Source: an uncultured Verrucomicrobiae bacterium
Lineage (GTDB): Bacteria; Verrucomicrobiota; Verrucomicrobiia; Limisphaerales; Palsa-1400
DNA length: 64,000 bases
Reading direction: 5' to 3'
NCBI GenBank assembly: GCA_963707025.1
Contig: CAVPOM010000005.1
Coordinates: forward strand, 576,001 to 640,000
Shown piece after piece: positions 51,360 through 63,377 of the stretch. The notes beneath the pieces were generated by a model that saw only the letters and a list, made by a program, of their open reading frames with translations, was not told where the DNA came from and made no database searches. Position numbers and translations under genes: made by a program. Every line of letters begins with the position of its first letter. Position 1 is the stretch's first letter.

Positions 51360-53816
51360 ATGAGCTGCCGGAAACCAAAGCGTAACTCCCCCAAGGGTCC
51401 CGCCGTGCCATTATCCAGGAGAAAACTTTGGCGTTTCCGGCTGATGGCACTAATCGGAGTGCCGCTGCTCTTCTTCGGCCTGCTGGAATTGGGTCTCCGC
51501 CTGGCCGGTTTTGGATACCCAACCGCATTCCTGCTGAAATCCTCCAACCACGGTGAAAACACCTTTGTGCAGAACAACCAGTTTGGCTGGCGTTTTTTTG
51601 GCCCACGCGCGACCCGCGTGCCGGAGGCAATTTCCATCCCGCGCGAGAAACCGCCCGGCACCGTTCGGATTTTTGTCTTTGGCGAATCCGCCGCCTATGG
51701 CGATCCGCAACCTCGCTTCGGCCTGCCCCGCATGTTGGAAGCCATGCTTGACTTGCGGCATCCCGACAAAAAGTTTGAAGTGCTCAACGCCGCCATGACC
51801 GGCATCAATTCGCACGTCATCCTGCCCCTGGCCCGCGACTGCGCGGAGGCCCGCGGGGACGTTTGGGTGATTTACATGGGAAACAATGAAGTCATCGGGC
51901 CGTTCGGCGCCGGGACGGTCTTTGGCAGCCAAACGATGCCGCTGCCATTGATCCGCGCCGGGCTCGCGCTCAAAGCGACACGGACCGGCCAGTTGCTCGG
52001 CGCATTGCAGGGAGCGTCGGAGAAAACCGCCGCCGGGAAAGACGAATGGAAGGGCATGAGGATGTTCGTCAAATACAAACTGGCGGGTTCCGACCCGCGC
52101 CTCGGCGCGGTCTATGATAATTTCGGGCACAATCTGAAAGACATCATCGCCGCTGGCCAAAACAGCGGCGCGAAAATCGTATTAAGCACGGTGGCGGTAA
52201 ACCTGAAGGACTGCGCCCCATTCGCGTCGCTGCACCGCCACGATCTTTCGGAATCCCGGCTCAATGACTGGCAACGCTTCTTTGATGCCGGCGTGAAAGC
52301 CCAGGTGGGCGGGAATTTTCGGCAGGCGGCCACGGACTATGATCAGGCGGAACAAACCGACGAAAGCTTTGCGGAGTTGCGTTTCCGCCGCGGCCAATGC
52401 GATCTGGCGATGAATGATGCCGGGTCGGCCCAAAAGGAATTTGCCGCCGCGCGCGATCTGGATGCCTTGCGTTTTCGATGTGACAGCCGGCTCAATGTCA
52501 TCATCCGGCAGCAGGCGGTGGGCGATGCGGTGCTGGCCGACGGTGAACGGACGCTGGCGGAGGCGAGTCCAGACGGCATTCCCGGCGCCGAATTATTTTA
52601 TGAACACGTCCATCTCACATTTCAGGGCAACTATGTTCTTGCCCGCGCCATCGCGGAAAAAGTGGAAAGAACATTGAGGCTTCCGGAAAGCGCGCCTTGG
52701 CCGGACATGGCCGAATGCGCGCGACGCCTCGGCCACACGCCGCGCGACACGCAAGCGGCCCTGTCAGTCCTGTTCGGGCGCCTTGGGGACGTTCCCTTCA
52801 CGTTTCAAGCCAACCACGACGAGCAGATGCGCCGTCTGACCGAAGCCGCGCGCGAATTGCCGCCGCCCGATTCGGCCGCGTCGCTTCGCGGGGCGCAATC
52901 CGCCGCCGAGGCCGCGCTGGCGCGGTGGCCCGACGATGCCGCGCTGTGGAAACAACTGAGTGAAATCAAGCAGGCGGAGGGGGATTACGCCGGGGGGGTT
53001 GCCGCGGCTCAACGTTCGCTCGACCAGACGCCCAGCAGCGCCGAGTGCTGGCTGCTTTACGGCACTCTGCTGGCGCACGAAGACAAATACGAGGATGCAG
53101 CCGCGGCCTTTAAGCGGGTGTTTGCGCTCGATCCGCGAGCCGTTTGGGGCAGGCTCAACCTCGCTTCGTGCCTGGAGAAACTTGGCCGCCGCGACGAGGC
53201 TCTGGTCGAGTTCAAACGCACGCTTGCCCTGAAACCGGATTATGGCACGGCCTGGCTGTTGCTGGGTCAACTCTATGAAGAAATGGGGCGCACCAACGAC
53301 GCGGGACAATGCTTCAACACGGCGTTGACCAATCGCGTCAACCAGACGGACGACCTGGCCGCGCTGGCGCGCTTTTGCTTCAGCCGCCGCTGGTTTGGAC
53401 TGGCCGTCACCAATTTTGCCGCCGCCATTGAGCTTAGCCCGTCGGATCCCGGCTTGCACATGGAAGCCGGACGGGCGCTGTCGGCGCTCGGCCAGCATGA
53501 CGAGGCAGCGCGGCAATATCAGTCGGCCGTTGAGCTGGAGCCCGGTCAGCCTCAACCGCACATACAACTGGGTTTTGAACTTGGTCGTCTTGGGAAGCCC
53601 GCTCTGGCCGAGCCGGAGTTTCGCCAAGCCCTGCGACTTGATCCCAATTTAATTGAGGCGCGTGTGGACTTGGGCATCGCCTTATACGAACAGGAAAAGC
53701 TTGATGATGCCCTCAAACAATTTGAGGACGTTCTTCAGCGCAACCCCAAGGATGCAACCGCCCTGCGCTATGCCCAGCTATTGCGGAGTCGGACACCTTT
53801 GCCCGCAGCCCGATAG
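51360..53816 (+). CDS. Membrane-anchored SGNH-like + TPR repeat protein
   Basis: N-terminal TM; FVFGESAAYG, NAAMTGINSH, YMGNNE, FYEHVH; many TPR helices in the C-terminal half. Confidence 0.8.
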   Translation: MSCRKPKRNSPKGPAVPLSRRKLWRFRLMALIGVPLLFFGLLELGLRLAGFGYPTAFLLKSSNHGENTFVQNNQFGWRFFGPRATRVPEAISIPREKPPGTVRIFVFGESAAYGDPQPRFGLPRMLEAMLDLRHPDKKFEVLNAAMTGINSHVILPLARDCAEARGDVWVIYMGNNEVIGPFGAGTVFGSQTMPLPLIRAGLALKATRTGQLLGALQGASEKTAAGKDEWKGMRMFVKYKLAGSDPRLGAVYDNFGHNLKDIIAAGQNSGAKIVLSTVAVNLKDCAPFASLHRHDLSESRLNDWQRFFDAGVKAQVGGNFRQAATDYDQAEQTDESFAELRFRRGQCDLAMNDAGSAQKEFAAARDLDALRFRCDSRLNVIIRQQAVGDAVLADGERTLAEASPDGIPGAELFYEHVHLTFQGNYVLARAIAEKVERTLRLPESAPWPDMAECARRLGHTPRDTQAALSVLFGRLGDVPFTFQANHDEQMRRLTEAARELPPPDSAASLRGAQSAAEAALARWPDDAALWKQLSEIKQAEGDYAGGVAAAQRSLDQTPSSAECWLLYGTLLAHEDKYEDAAAAFKRVFALDPRAVWGRLNLASCLEKLGRRDEALVEFKRTLALKPDYGTAWLLLGQLYEEMGRTNDAGQCFNTALTNRVNQTDDLAALARFCFSRRWFGLAVTNFAAAIELSPSDPGLHMEAGRALSALGQHDEAARQYQSAVELEPGQPQPHIQLGFELGRLGKPALAEPEFRQALRLDPNLIEARVDLGIALYEQEKLDDALKQFEDVLQRNPKDATALRYAQLLRSRTPLPAAR

Positions 53817-53853
53817 ATGGCGAACGCGCGCCCTTTAACGCAGCGGAAAGACG

Positions 53854-53881
53854 TTGACGGAGTGATATTAACAGGTACAAT
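53854..53881 (+). promoter_or_regulatory. Sigma70-like promoter for the second kinase
   Basis: TTGACG-16 bp-TACAAT just upstream of the ORF. Confidence 0.5.
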
Positions 53882-53889
53882 GCACAGCG

Positions 53890-56800
53890 ATGCACTTCCC
53901 AATGAAGAGGCGGCTTTCTGCCACTGTGGTCTTCTCCATCCGGGTGGCCTTGGTCTTGGGCGCGATGGCGTCCGGTGCTCCTCTTGACGCCCAAACGGAC
54001 CCTGTCATCACCAATCTTGCACAGCTCACACCGGCTCTCGGTCGTGAAAATCCTATAGTGCGGGACATCAAGCTGGATGCAACAGTCTTCGCCTGCAACA
54101 CGAACTCCGGCGCGTTGGTCGTGCAGGATGAAAGCGGCGCCGAACTTCTCGAAATGGACGGCCTCGGGCAAGTGCTTCAGCCCGGGGACAAAATCCGAAT
54201 CCAGTTCTCGCGGTGTTTCTTCCGTCGCAGCGATCTCGGGATTTTCGTCTCCGCCGCCCCAACGGTTGACAACGACGGAACTCATAGCGCAAGAACATGT
54301 AGCGGTGAATATCGGCTGAAGGCGGGCCGATTTCCTCTTCGAGTAGACTGGTTCAATCAGTACGGCGCGGCTGCTTTGGAGGTTTTCTGTTCGGCAACCA
54401 ATTCTGCGCCGCAGGGGGCCGCAACGGGTGCCGAGGTGACGGCAGCTATGATCCACGTGCTTCGCGCGGAATGTTATGAAGGGAACTGGCTCAGGCTGCC
54501 AAATTTTCAACTGCTGCGACCGGCAAAAGTCGGGAATGTCACTAATTTCGACATTGCGTTCCGGACTCGCGACGAGTTGGCTGGAATCCGGTTCTACGGT
54601 TACGTTGATATTCCACAAAGCGGTAGGTATCGTTTCGCTCTGCGCTCGGACGACGGCAGCCAATTATGGGTTGGAGATGCTGCGGTGCCTTTAGAGAAAC
54701 TCGGCACGAACTCCCCGCCGCTCGCCCCAACGGCCGCAAACGGCGAACCGATGAACAACCTGGATGAACGACGACTGGCGACGGTGGAAGGACGTGTCGG
54801 TTTTGTTTCGCGTATTGGAAAAGGATTGCGCTTTGAAATGCTCTCGGACCTGAATCGCGTGTCCGTGGCGATGGCCGATGCAGGGTCTCTGGAACAAGAA
54901 AGCCTTTTAAATGCTTACGTGCGGGTATCGGGTGTTGCGTCGGGGGTTTTAATTGGAGATCACCGAGTGGTGCTCGGCAGTCTTACTGCGGCAAGCTCGA
55001 AGGAACTGACGATCATCGAAAATGCTCCCGGAAAGGGAAAGCTGCCTCCGCTGCTGACAACCATGCTGCAAGTTCAAAGTCTCACGACGAACGATGCCGC
55101 GCGCGAACTGCCGGTAAAAATTCGCGGGGTTGTCACCGCGGTCGCATTTGGACTGGGACGTTGGATTGCAATTCAGGACGATACGCACGGAGGTTTTGTT
55201 CGGATCAACGTGATATCGAATGACGTCCCGAAGGTCGGCGAATTCTGGGAAATCATGGGCCACACGCAGCTGGGGGACTTTGCCCCGATCATTGTGGCAA
55301 CAAAGGGCACGTTGCTCGGCGAAGGCCAGCTTCCCGAACCGGCGCACCCGACGTGGGATCAATTGCTCAATGGCAGCATGGATGTTCAATGGACCGAACT
55401 GCAAGGCGTGGTCACTGGAGTACACAGTAATTGGATTTCGCTTCTCCTCCCAGAAGGACGGCAAGAAATTAGAATGGAGGGGTGGGGTGAATCTGAGTTA
55501 AAGGAGTTCTATAATTCAGTCGTCCGCATCCACGGCGCTCTGTTTGCGACCTGGAATGCCCAGACTCACGAAGTTCGGGTCGGCAGCATCGAGTTTCGCA
55601 ATGCCTCGGTGGCGGTGGACAAACCGGCCAGCGCCAATCCGTTCGATGTGCCGGAAAAAACCCCGCGCGGCCTGTTTCTCTTCGACGCCAAAGCCACGTT
55701 GTTTCAGCAAGTGAAGGTTCGCGGCCAAGTTACCTACGCCGATTCAGAGTGCGTCTTCATCGAACGCGGCGCGGGAATACAAGTTTTTCCGGCCAGCAGT
55801 GTGACGCTCAGCCTGGGCGACATCGTGGAAGCGGTTGGGTATCCGAAACTGTCCGGCGCATCCCCGGTCCTGCGGGAAGCGCTGATGCGCAAGATACAAG
55901 ACGGTGTGCTTCCGAGTCCTCGCCTGGTCTCTGATTCGGAATTGGCACAGGAACGACTGGCTGCAACGCGAATTCGCATCGAAGGAAACCTCCTCGCGCA
56001 ACACCGTGAAGACAGCTGGTTGGTTCTGCAAATGCAAACTCATACGCACCTTTTTCTCGCCCGCATCACCTCCGTTGATTCCCTGAGTTCGTTGCGGCCG
56101 GGAAGCGAGCTGTCGCTGACCGGAATTTACACTTTGCCTGGAAACGACGCGTCGCATTTCGAATTGCTCCTCAATGCGCCGGGCGACATCGTGGTCCTGT
56201 CCGAGCCGTCCTGGTGGACGCTCCGGCGTCTGCTTTGCGCGGCCGGTGCAATGATGGTGACATTGGCAGTCGCCGCTGTTTGGATTACAGCGCTGCGACG
56301 CCAGGTCGCCCAACGAACCCACCAACTTCAGCGCGAAATCCGCGAGCGCGAACGCGCCGAACGCCAGCAGGCGATCGAAGCGGAACGCTCCCGCATTGCC
56401 CGCGACCTTCATGACGATCTTGGTTCCAGCCTGACCGAAATCAATGTACTCGCCAGCACCGGCCAGCGGCCCCCTCAAGGAAACAGCGCGCATGCTGCGT
56501 TGTTCAAAGCGATTGCGGACAAAGCGCGAAGCCTTATCGTGGCACTCGATGGCATCGTATGGGCGGTTGACCCCGAGGACAATTCATTGCAGTCGCTCGC
56601 TGATTATCTTAGCGGTTACACTCGCGAATATTTATCCAAGTGGGATATTGCGTGCCGGTTTAAGATTCCCATCACACTCCCGGACGTTAAACTCGATGGC
56701 GAAACCCGGCACGAGTTGCTCATGGTCGTAAAAGAGATTTTGAACAATATTGTCCGCCACGCCGAAGCCAGCGGAGTCGAATTCCAGATGAATCTCGTGG

Positions 56801-57024
56801 ATGACATTCTGGAAATAGCGATTGCCGACAACGGGAGAGGTTTTGACACGGCCACCGAGGCTGACGGACACGGATTGAAAAACCTTCCTGCCCGGCTGAA
56901 GAAAGTGGGCGGCAGTTGCCGTATCGAATCCCTCTCCGCCATAGGCACGACCGTCTGCATGCATCTTCCTCTGCCTACGGCCCTCGCCAGTCGAGACGAA
57001 GAAGCAAATACGACGTTTGTTTGA
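53890..57024 (+). CDS. Second sensor histidine kinase, paralog of 42760-45975
   Basis: Same architecture: VDNDGTH..SDDGSQL, PSWWT + TM, ERSRIARDLHDDLG, DNGRGF..GHGL. Confidence 0.92.
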   Translation: MHFPMKRRLSATVVFSIRVALVLGAMASGAPLDAQTDPVITNLAQLTPALGRENPIVRDIKLDATVFACNTNSGALVVQDESGAELLEMDGLGQVLQPGDKIRIQFSRCFFRRSDLGIFVSAAPTVDNDGTHSARTCSGEYRLKAGRFPLRVDWFNQYGAAALEVFCSATNSAPQGAATGAEVTAAMIHVLRAECYEGNWLRLPNFQLLRPAKVGNVTNFDIAFRTRDELAGIRFYGYVDIPQSGRYRFALRSDDGSQLWVGDAAVPLEKLGTNSPPLAPTAANGEPMNNLDERRLATVEGRVGFVSRIGKGLRFEMLSDLNRVSVAMADAGSLEQESLLNAYVRVSGVASGVLIGDHRVVLGSLTAASSKELTIIENAPGKGKLPPLLTTMLQVQSLTTNDAARELPVKIRGVVTAVAFGLGRWIAIQDDTHGGFVRINVISNDVPKVGEFWEIMGHTQLGDFAPIIVATKGTLLGEGQLPEPAHPTWDQLLNGSMDVQWTELQGVVTGVHSNWISLLLPEGRQEIRMEGWGESELKEFYNSVVRIHGALFATWNAQTHEVRVGSIEFRNASVAVDKPASANPFDVPEKTPRGLFLFDAKATLFQQVKVRGQVTYADSECVFIERGAGIQVFPASSVTLSLGDIVEAVGYPKLSGASPVLREALMRKIQDGVLPSPRLVSDSELAQERLAATRIRIEGNLLAQHREDSWLVLQMQTHTHLFLARITSVDSLSSLRPGSELSLTGIYTLPGNDASHFELLLNAPGDIVVLSEPSWWTLRRLLCAAGAMMVTLAVAAVWITALRRQVAQRTHQLQREIRERERAERQQAIEAERSRIARDLHDDLGSSLTEINVLASTGQRPPQGNSAHAALFKAIADKARSLIVALDGIVWAVDPEDNSLQSLADYLSGYTREYLSKWDIACRFKIPITLPDVKLDGETRHELLMVVKEILNNIVRHAEASGVEFQMNLVDDILEIAIADNGRGFDTATEADGHGLKNLPARLKKVGGSCRIESLSAIGTTVCMHLPLPTALASRDEEANTTFV

Positions 57025-57025
57025 T
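57008..57025. promoter_or_regulatory. Operator-like motif upstream of the second regulator
   Basis: ATACGACGTTTGTTTGAT, 16/18 identical to 57920-57937. Confidence 0.55.
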
Positions 57026-57146
57026 TTGTTGAAACGACCGATGTCCTGTACAATGACAAACAATCGCCTAAAATGTCCTTCAAACTCGTTTGCACAAAAC
57101 TATGTTGACACCGTCCTTACCGAGTCGGAATCCCAATTCAAGTTTG

Positions 57147-57809
57147 ATGACCAAAATCGCCATTGTCGAAGATAACACGACCTTTCGCCAGTATCTCGCG
57201 GATTTGATAAGTGCGGCTCCGGATCTCACCTGCGTCTGCGCCTGCGGGTCCGCGGAAGAGGCGCTGGTCGAAATCCCCTCGAAGCGTCCGGACGTGGTGC
57301 TGATGGACATTCATCTTCCTGGCGAATCGGGCATCGCCTGCACCGCGCGACTGCGCGTAAAAATGCCCGACCTGCAAATCATCATGCTGACCGTTTACAA
57401 GGACATCAAGACGATCTTCGAGGCTCTGAAGGTGGGCGCTTGCGGTTACGTGTTAAAGCGGGCAGACGAAATGGAAATTCTCCTCGCCATTGCCGAGGTG
57501 CGGGCAGGCGGTGCGCCGATGACGAGTGAAATCGCGCGCATGGTTGTGCGATCCTTCATGGAACCGCCAACCACTCCGCTGTCGGAGACCGTACAACTCT
57601 CGGCGCGCGAAACGGAAATTCTGGCCGTATTGGCCGAAGGTCTGTCGAACAAGGAAATCGGCGCGCGATTGCATATCACCTCCGCCACCGTCCGCACCCA
57701 CTTGATGCACATTTACGAAAAGTTGCACGTCCGCTGCCGCACAGAAGCCGCGGGGAAATACCTTCGACAACTCCATCCGGCGGTTCCGGGTCTCCAGGGA
57801 CGCAGGTGA
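57147..57809 (+). CDS. Second NarL/LuxR-family response regulator
   Basis: MTKIAIVED, LMDIHLPGESG, LSARETEIL..GLSNKEI; close paralog of 46007-46630. Confidence 0.93.
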   Translation: MTKIAIVEDNTTFRQYLADLISAAPDLTCVCACGSAEEALVEIPSKRPDVVLMDIHLPGESGIACTARLRVKMPDLQIIMLTVYKDIKTIFEALKVGACGYVLKRADEMEILLAIAEVRAGGAPMTSEIARMVVRSFMEPPTTPLSETVQLSARETEILAVLAEGLSNKEIGARLHITSATVRTHLMHIYEKLHVRCRTEAAGKYLRQLHPAVPGLQGRR

Positions 57810-57919
57810 GAAGCAAATCACGCATAAAACGACGTTCTGAACGTAATCAGGCCCTGCCAGCATGATCCCGCACGACGGCGGCACAAACCCGCAGACCCAT
57901 TCCGAGGTCCGCGGCCGGC

Positions 57920-57937
57920 ATACGACGTTTGGCTGAT
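57920..57937. promoter_or_regulatory. Operator-like motif upstream of the prepilin gene
   Basis: ATACGACGTTTGGCTGAT, about 105 bp before the ATG. Confidence 0.55.
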
Positions 57938-58041
57938 ACCAACCGGCCTGCATTTCTGCTACGGTGACCATCAAATCAGCCCGAAATGTCAGCAGACCTG
58001 ACGATATCGGCCTTGACGAACGCACAACATAGTCCAATTGA

Positions 58042-58941
58042 ATGAAACCTCGACACAGTTCTTGTGGACTGCCCTGGCACCCGGAATCCCGGCCTCGGGC
58101 AGTGTGCGGCTTTACTTTGATCGAACTGCTCGTGGTCATCGCCATCATCGCCATTCTGGCGGCCTTGTTGCTCCCGGTTCTGGCCAACGCCAAAAAGAAA
58201 GCCCAGGAAACTTACTGCCGGAACAATGAAAAGCAGTTTGTCCTGGGTTTGACAATGTATGCGGACGACTACCGCAATGTGGTGTTGCCATTTTTTCTGG
58301 ATGCAAACGGTGACGATGCCGGCGGCTATTATGGATGGCCCACCCTGTCTCAAGGGAATGATTTTCCAGGTGTGAGTCAGGCGGCGGCCCTGGAAAACGC
58401 CAAAGAGGCACTGACGAACAGCATCCTCTACCCCTACGTCAAGAACGTGAATAGTTTCCATTGCCCGGGCGATACGCGCATCTCCCGGCCCACCGGCGGG
58501 GGCGGATTTGCCTTCTGCACTTATTCCAAGACGCAGAACTACGGCGGCGAATCCTACGATAGTTATTGGGGTCAGGGCGCCACCATTAACAAAGCGTCCG
58601 ACATTACGGCTCCCTCCATGACCTTTGCAGAGGTGGAGGATACTGACTGGCGCGGATTTGACGAGGGAACCTTCGTCTTGAATGGCGTGGTGGGCACCAC
58701 CCCCTGGGTGTTCACCCCGGAGGATCCGCTGGGCATGTATCATGTCAATGTGAATGTTTGGGGCTTCGTGGACGGCCATGTGGAGAGTCATAAATGGACC
58801 TACCAATCGGCCATCACGGCCGGCCTGGAAGCCTCCACGGGACAAAACACGGCGGGCCAGTGGATGCTCCCCAATGGAGGCGCCTCGGCCAAGGATTACC
58901 AGTACATTCAAAACCGCTGGCGATTTCCAGGGTGGCATTGA
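58042..58941 (+). CDS. Prepilin-type N-terminal cleavage/methylation protein with H-X9-DG motif (PVC DUF1559-like)
   Basis: [46 protein letters not shown]. Confidence 0.92.
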   Translation: MKPRHSSCGLPWHPESRPRAVCGFTLIELLVVIAIIAILAALLLPVLANAKKKAQETYCRNNEKQFVLGLTMYADDYRNVVLPFFLDANGDDAGGYYGWPTLSQGNDFPGVSQAAALENAKEALTNSILYPYVKNVNSFHCPGDTRISRPTGGGGFAFCTYSKTQNYGGESYDSYWGQGATINKASDITAPSMTFAEVEDTDWRGFDEGTFVLNGVVGTTPWVFTPEDPLGMYHVNVNVWGFVDGHVESHKWTYQSAITAGLEASTGQNTAGQWMLPNGGASAKDYQYIQNRWRFPGWH

Positions 58942-59029
58942 CGGACGGACTTGTGAGCTTTTCAACCGTGCTTTGACTGATGCGGAAGTGCATGACATTT
59001 ATACGGAAGGGAAACGGCTGGAGCCCTAA
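58942..59029 (+). pseudogene. C-terminal remnant of a LamG-domain gene
   Basis: ELFNRALTDAEVHDIYTEGK resembles the end of a LamG-like domain. Confidence 0.5.
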
Positions 59030-59067
59030 CCACCGGCTGAATTTCTCCAAATGACCAAGAACACTCT

Positions 59068-60471
59068 ATGAAAACACTATTCTCACTTCTCCCGCTTGCT
59101 TCCATGTTGGCGGGCCAGCTATGCCCCGCCCAAACCAATAAACCGGCGGACGACTGGAAACCAGCGACATCCAACCAGCAGGGCAAACAGTATCCCCAGG
59201 TCAACTCGGAAAGGCGCATCCGCGCCCGCGTCGTCGCGCCGCAAGCCACGAGCGTCTTGTTCGATATCAGCGCCGTAAAATACCCCCTGACCAAGGGCGA
59301 AGACGGCGCCTGGATCGGCGTCACGCAGCCCCAGGACGAAGGTTTCCACTACTACCAGATATGGGTTGATGGCGCTGCGGTTCCGGACCCCGGCAGCCTG
59401 TACTTCTACGGCGCCAGCCGCTGGGGCAGCGGCATCGAAATCCCCGCCGAGGACCAGGACTTCTACGCCCTCAAGAACGTGCCCCATGGCCAGTTGCGGG
59501 AGGTCCACTACTTTTCCAAAACCAGCAGTTCGACCCGTCGCTGCTTCGTTTACACCCCGCCCGATTATGACAAGAATCCGAACACGCGCTTCCCGGTGCT
59601 CTATCTGCAGCACGGCGCGGGCGAAGATGAAACCGGTTGGGGCAACCAGGGCCATGCCAACCTGATCATGGACAACCTGATTGCCGATGGCAAAGCCAAG
59701 CCCTTCATCATTGTGATGGAAAACGGCCTCAACGCCGGTGGTGCTGGCGGCGGTGGTCGGCGAGGCGGCGGTCGCGGCGTTGCGGCTCCGGCTGCCGCAC
59801 CTCCCGCCAACACCAACCTGCACGTTGTGGTGGTCCAGGCCGATGCTGCGGACGCGCCGGCTGGTGCGGCTCCTGGCGGCGCGACGAACAGCGCTCCGAC
59901 TCGCGGCGGTCGTGGCGGTTTCGGCGGCTTTAACTTCACCGCCTTCGAGCAAGTTCTCACTGATGACCTAATCCCGTATATTGACAGCAACTTTCGCACT
60001 ATTGCAGATCAGCCCCACCGGGCGATGGCCGGCCTCTCCATGGGCGGCATGCAGACCCGAACGATTACCATGGCCCACCTCGACACGTTCTCCCACATAG
60101 GTATTTTCAGCGGCGGCAGCATCGGCACGAACGACATCACCGACATGGCGGCCTTCCAGCAGAAGGTCAAACTCGTGTTCGTCAGCTACGGCAGCCGCGA
60201 ACTTGACTCCGGCAACCGCAGAGGCGGAGGCCCTCCAGGCGCGGCTCCTGGCGGCGCTCCTGCTGGCGATACAAACGCGGCCCCGGCTCGCGGCGGGCGC
60301 GGCGGCCGTGGGGGCTTTGGCGGCTTTGGCGGCGACCCCAAGGCGAACGCCGACGCGCTCAAAGAGGCTGGCATCAACAGTCACTACTACATATCTCCGC
60401 TGACTGCTCACGAATGGCAGTCCTGGCGGCGCAGCCTGTTTCAATTTGCCCCGCTGCTTTTCCAGGATTGA
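59068..60471 (+). CDS. Secreted CBM48-like + CE1-type esterase
   Basis: [32 protein letters not shown] nucleophile elbow, HEWQSWR. Confidence 0.9.
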   Translation: MKTLFSLLPLASMLAGQLCPAQTNKPADDWKPATSNQQGKQYPQVNSERRIRARVVAPQATSVLFDISAVKYPLTKGEDGAWIGVTQPQDEGFHYYQIWVDGAAVPDPGSLYFYGASRWGSGIEIPAEDQDFYALKNVPHGQLREVHYFSKTSSSTRRCFVYTPPDYDKNPNTRFPVLYLQHGAGEDETGWGNQGHANLIMDNLIADGKAKPFIIVMENGLNAGGAGGGGRRGGGRGVAAPAAAPPANTNLHVVVVQADAADAPAGAAPGGATNSAPTRGGRGGFGGFNFTAFEQVLTDDLIPYIDSNFRTIADQPHRAMAGLSMGGMQTRTITMAHLDTFSHIGIFSGGSIGTNDITDMAAFQQKVKLVFVSYGSRELDSGNRRGGGPPGAAPGGAPAGDTNAAPARGGRGGRGGFGGFGGDPKANADALKEAGINSHYYISPLTAHEWQSWRRSLFQFAPLLFQD

Positions 60472-60518
60472 TTGCCCAGGCTGTCAACCACGCCCCATTA
60501 TTAATTCTCAACTAATGA

Positions 60519-63230
<2,712 letters not shown>

Positions 63231-63377
63231 GCGAACCACGAAGAACCGCTGTTTGGGAGAAGCAACCGCTCACCAGCGGCGGCACCGTCAGATTTTGACT
63301 CATGACTCGGATAGGAGCAAATCTTGGCGACCAAACAAACTCCCCGCCAAAACCAATTGAATCCAAACCCCACACTC

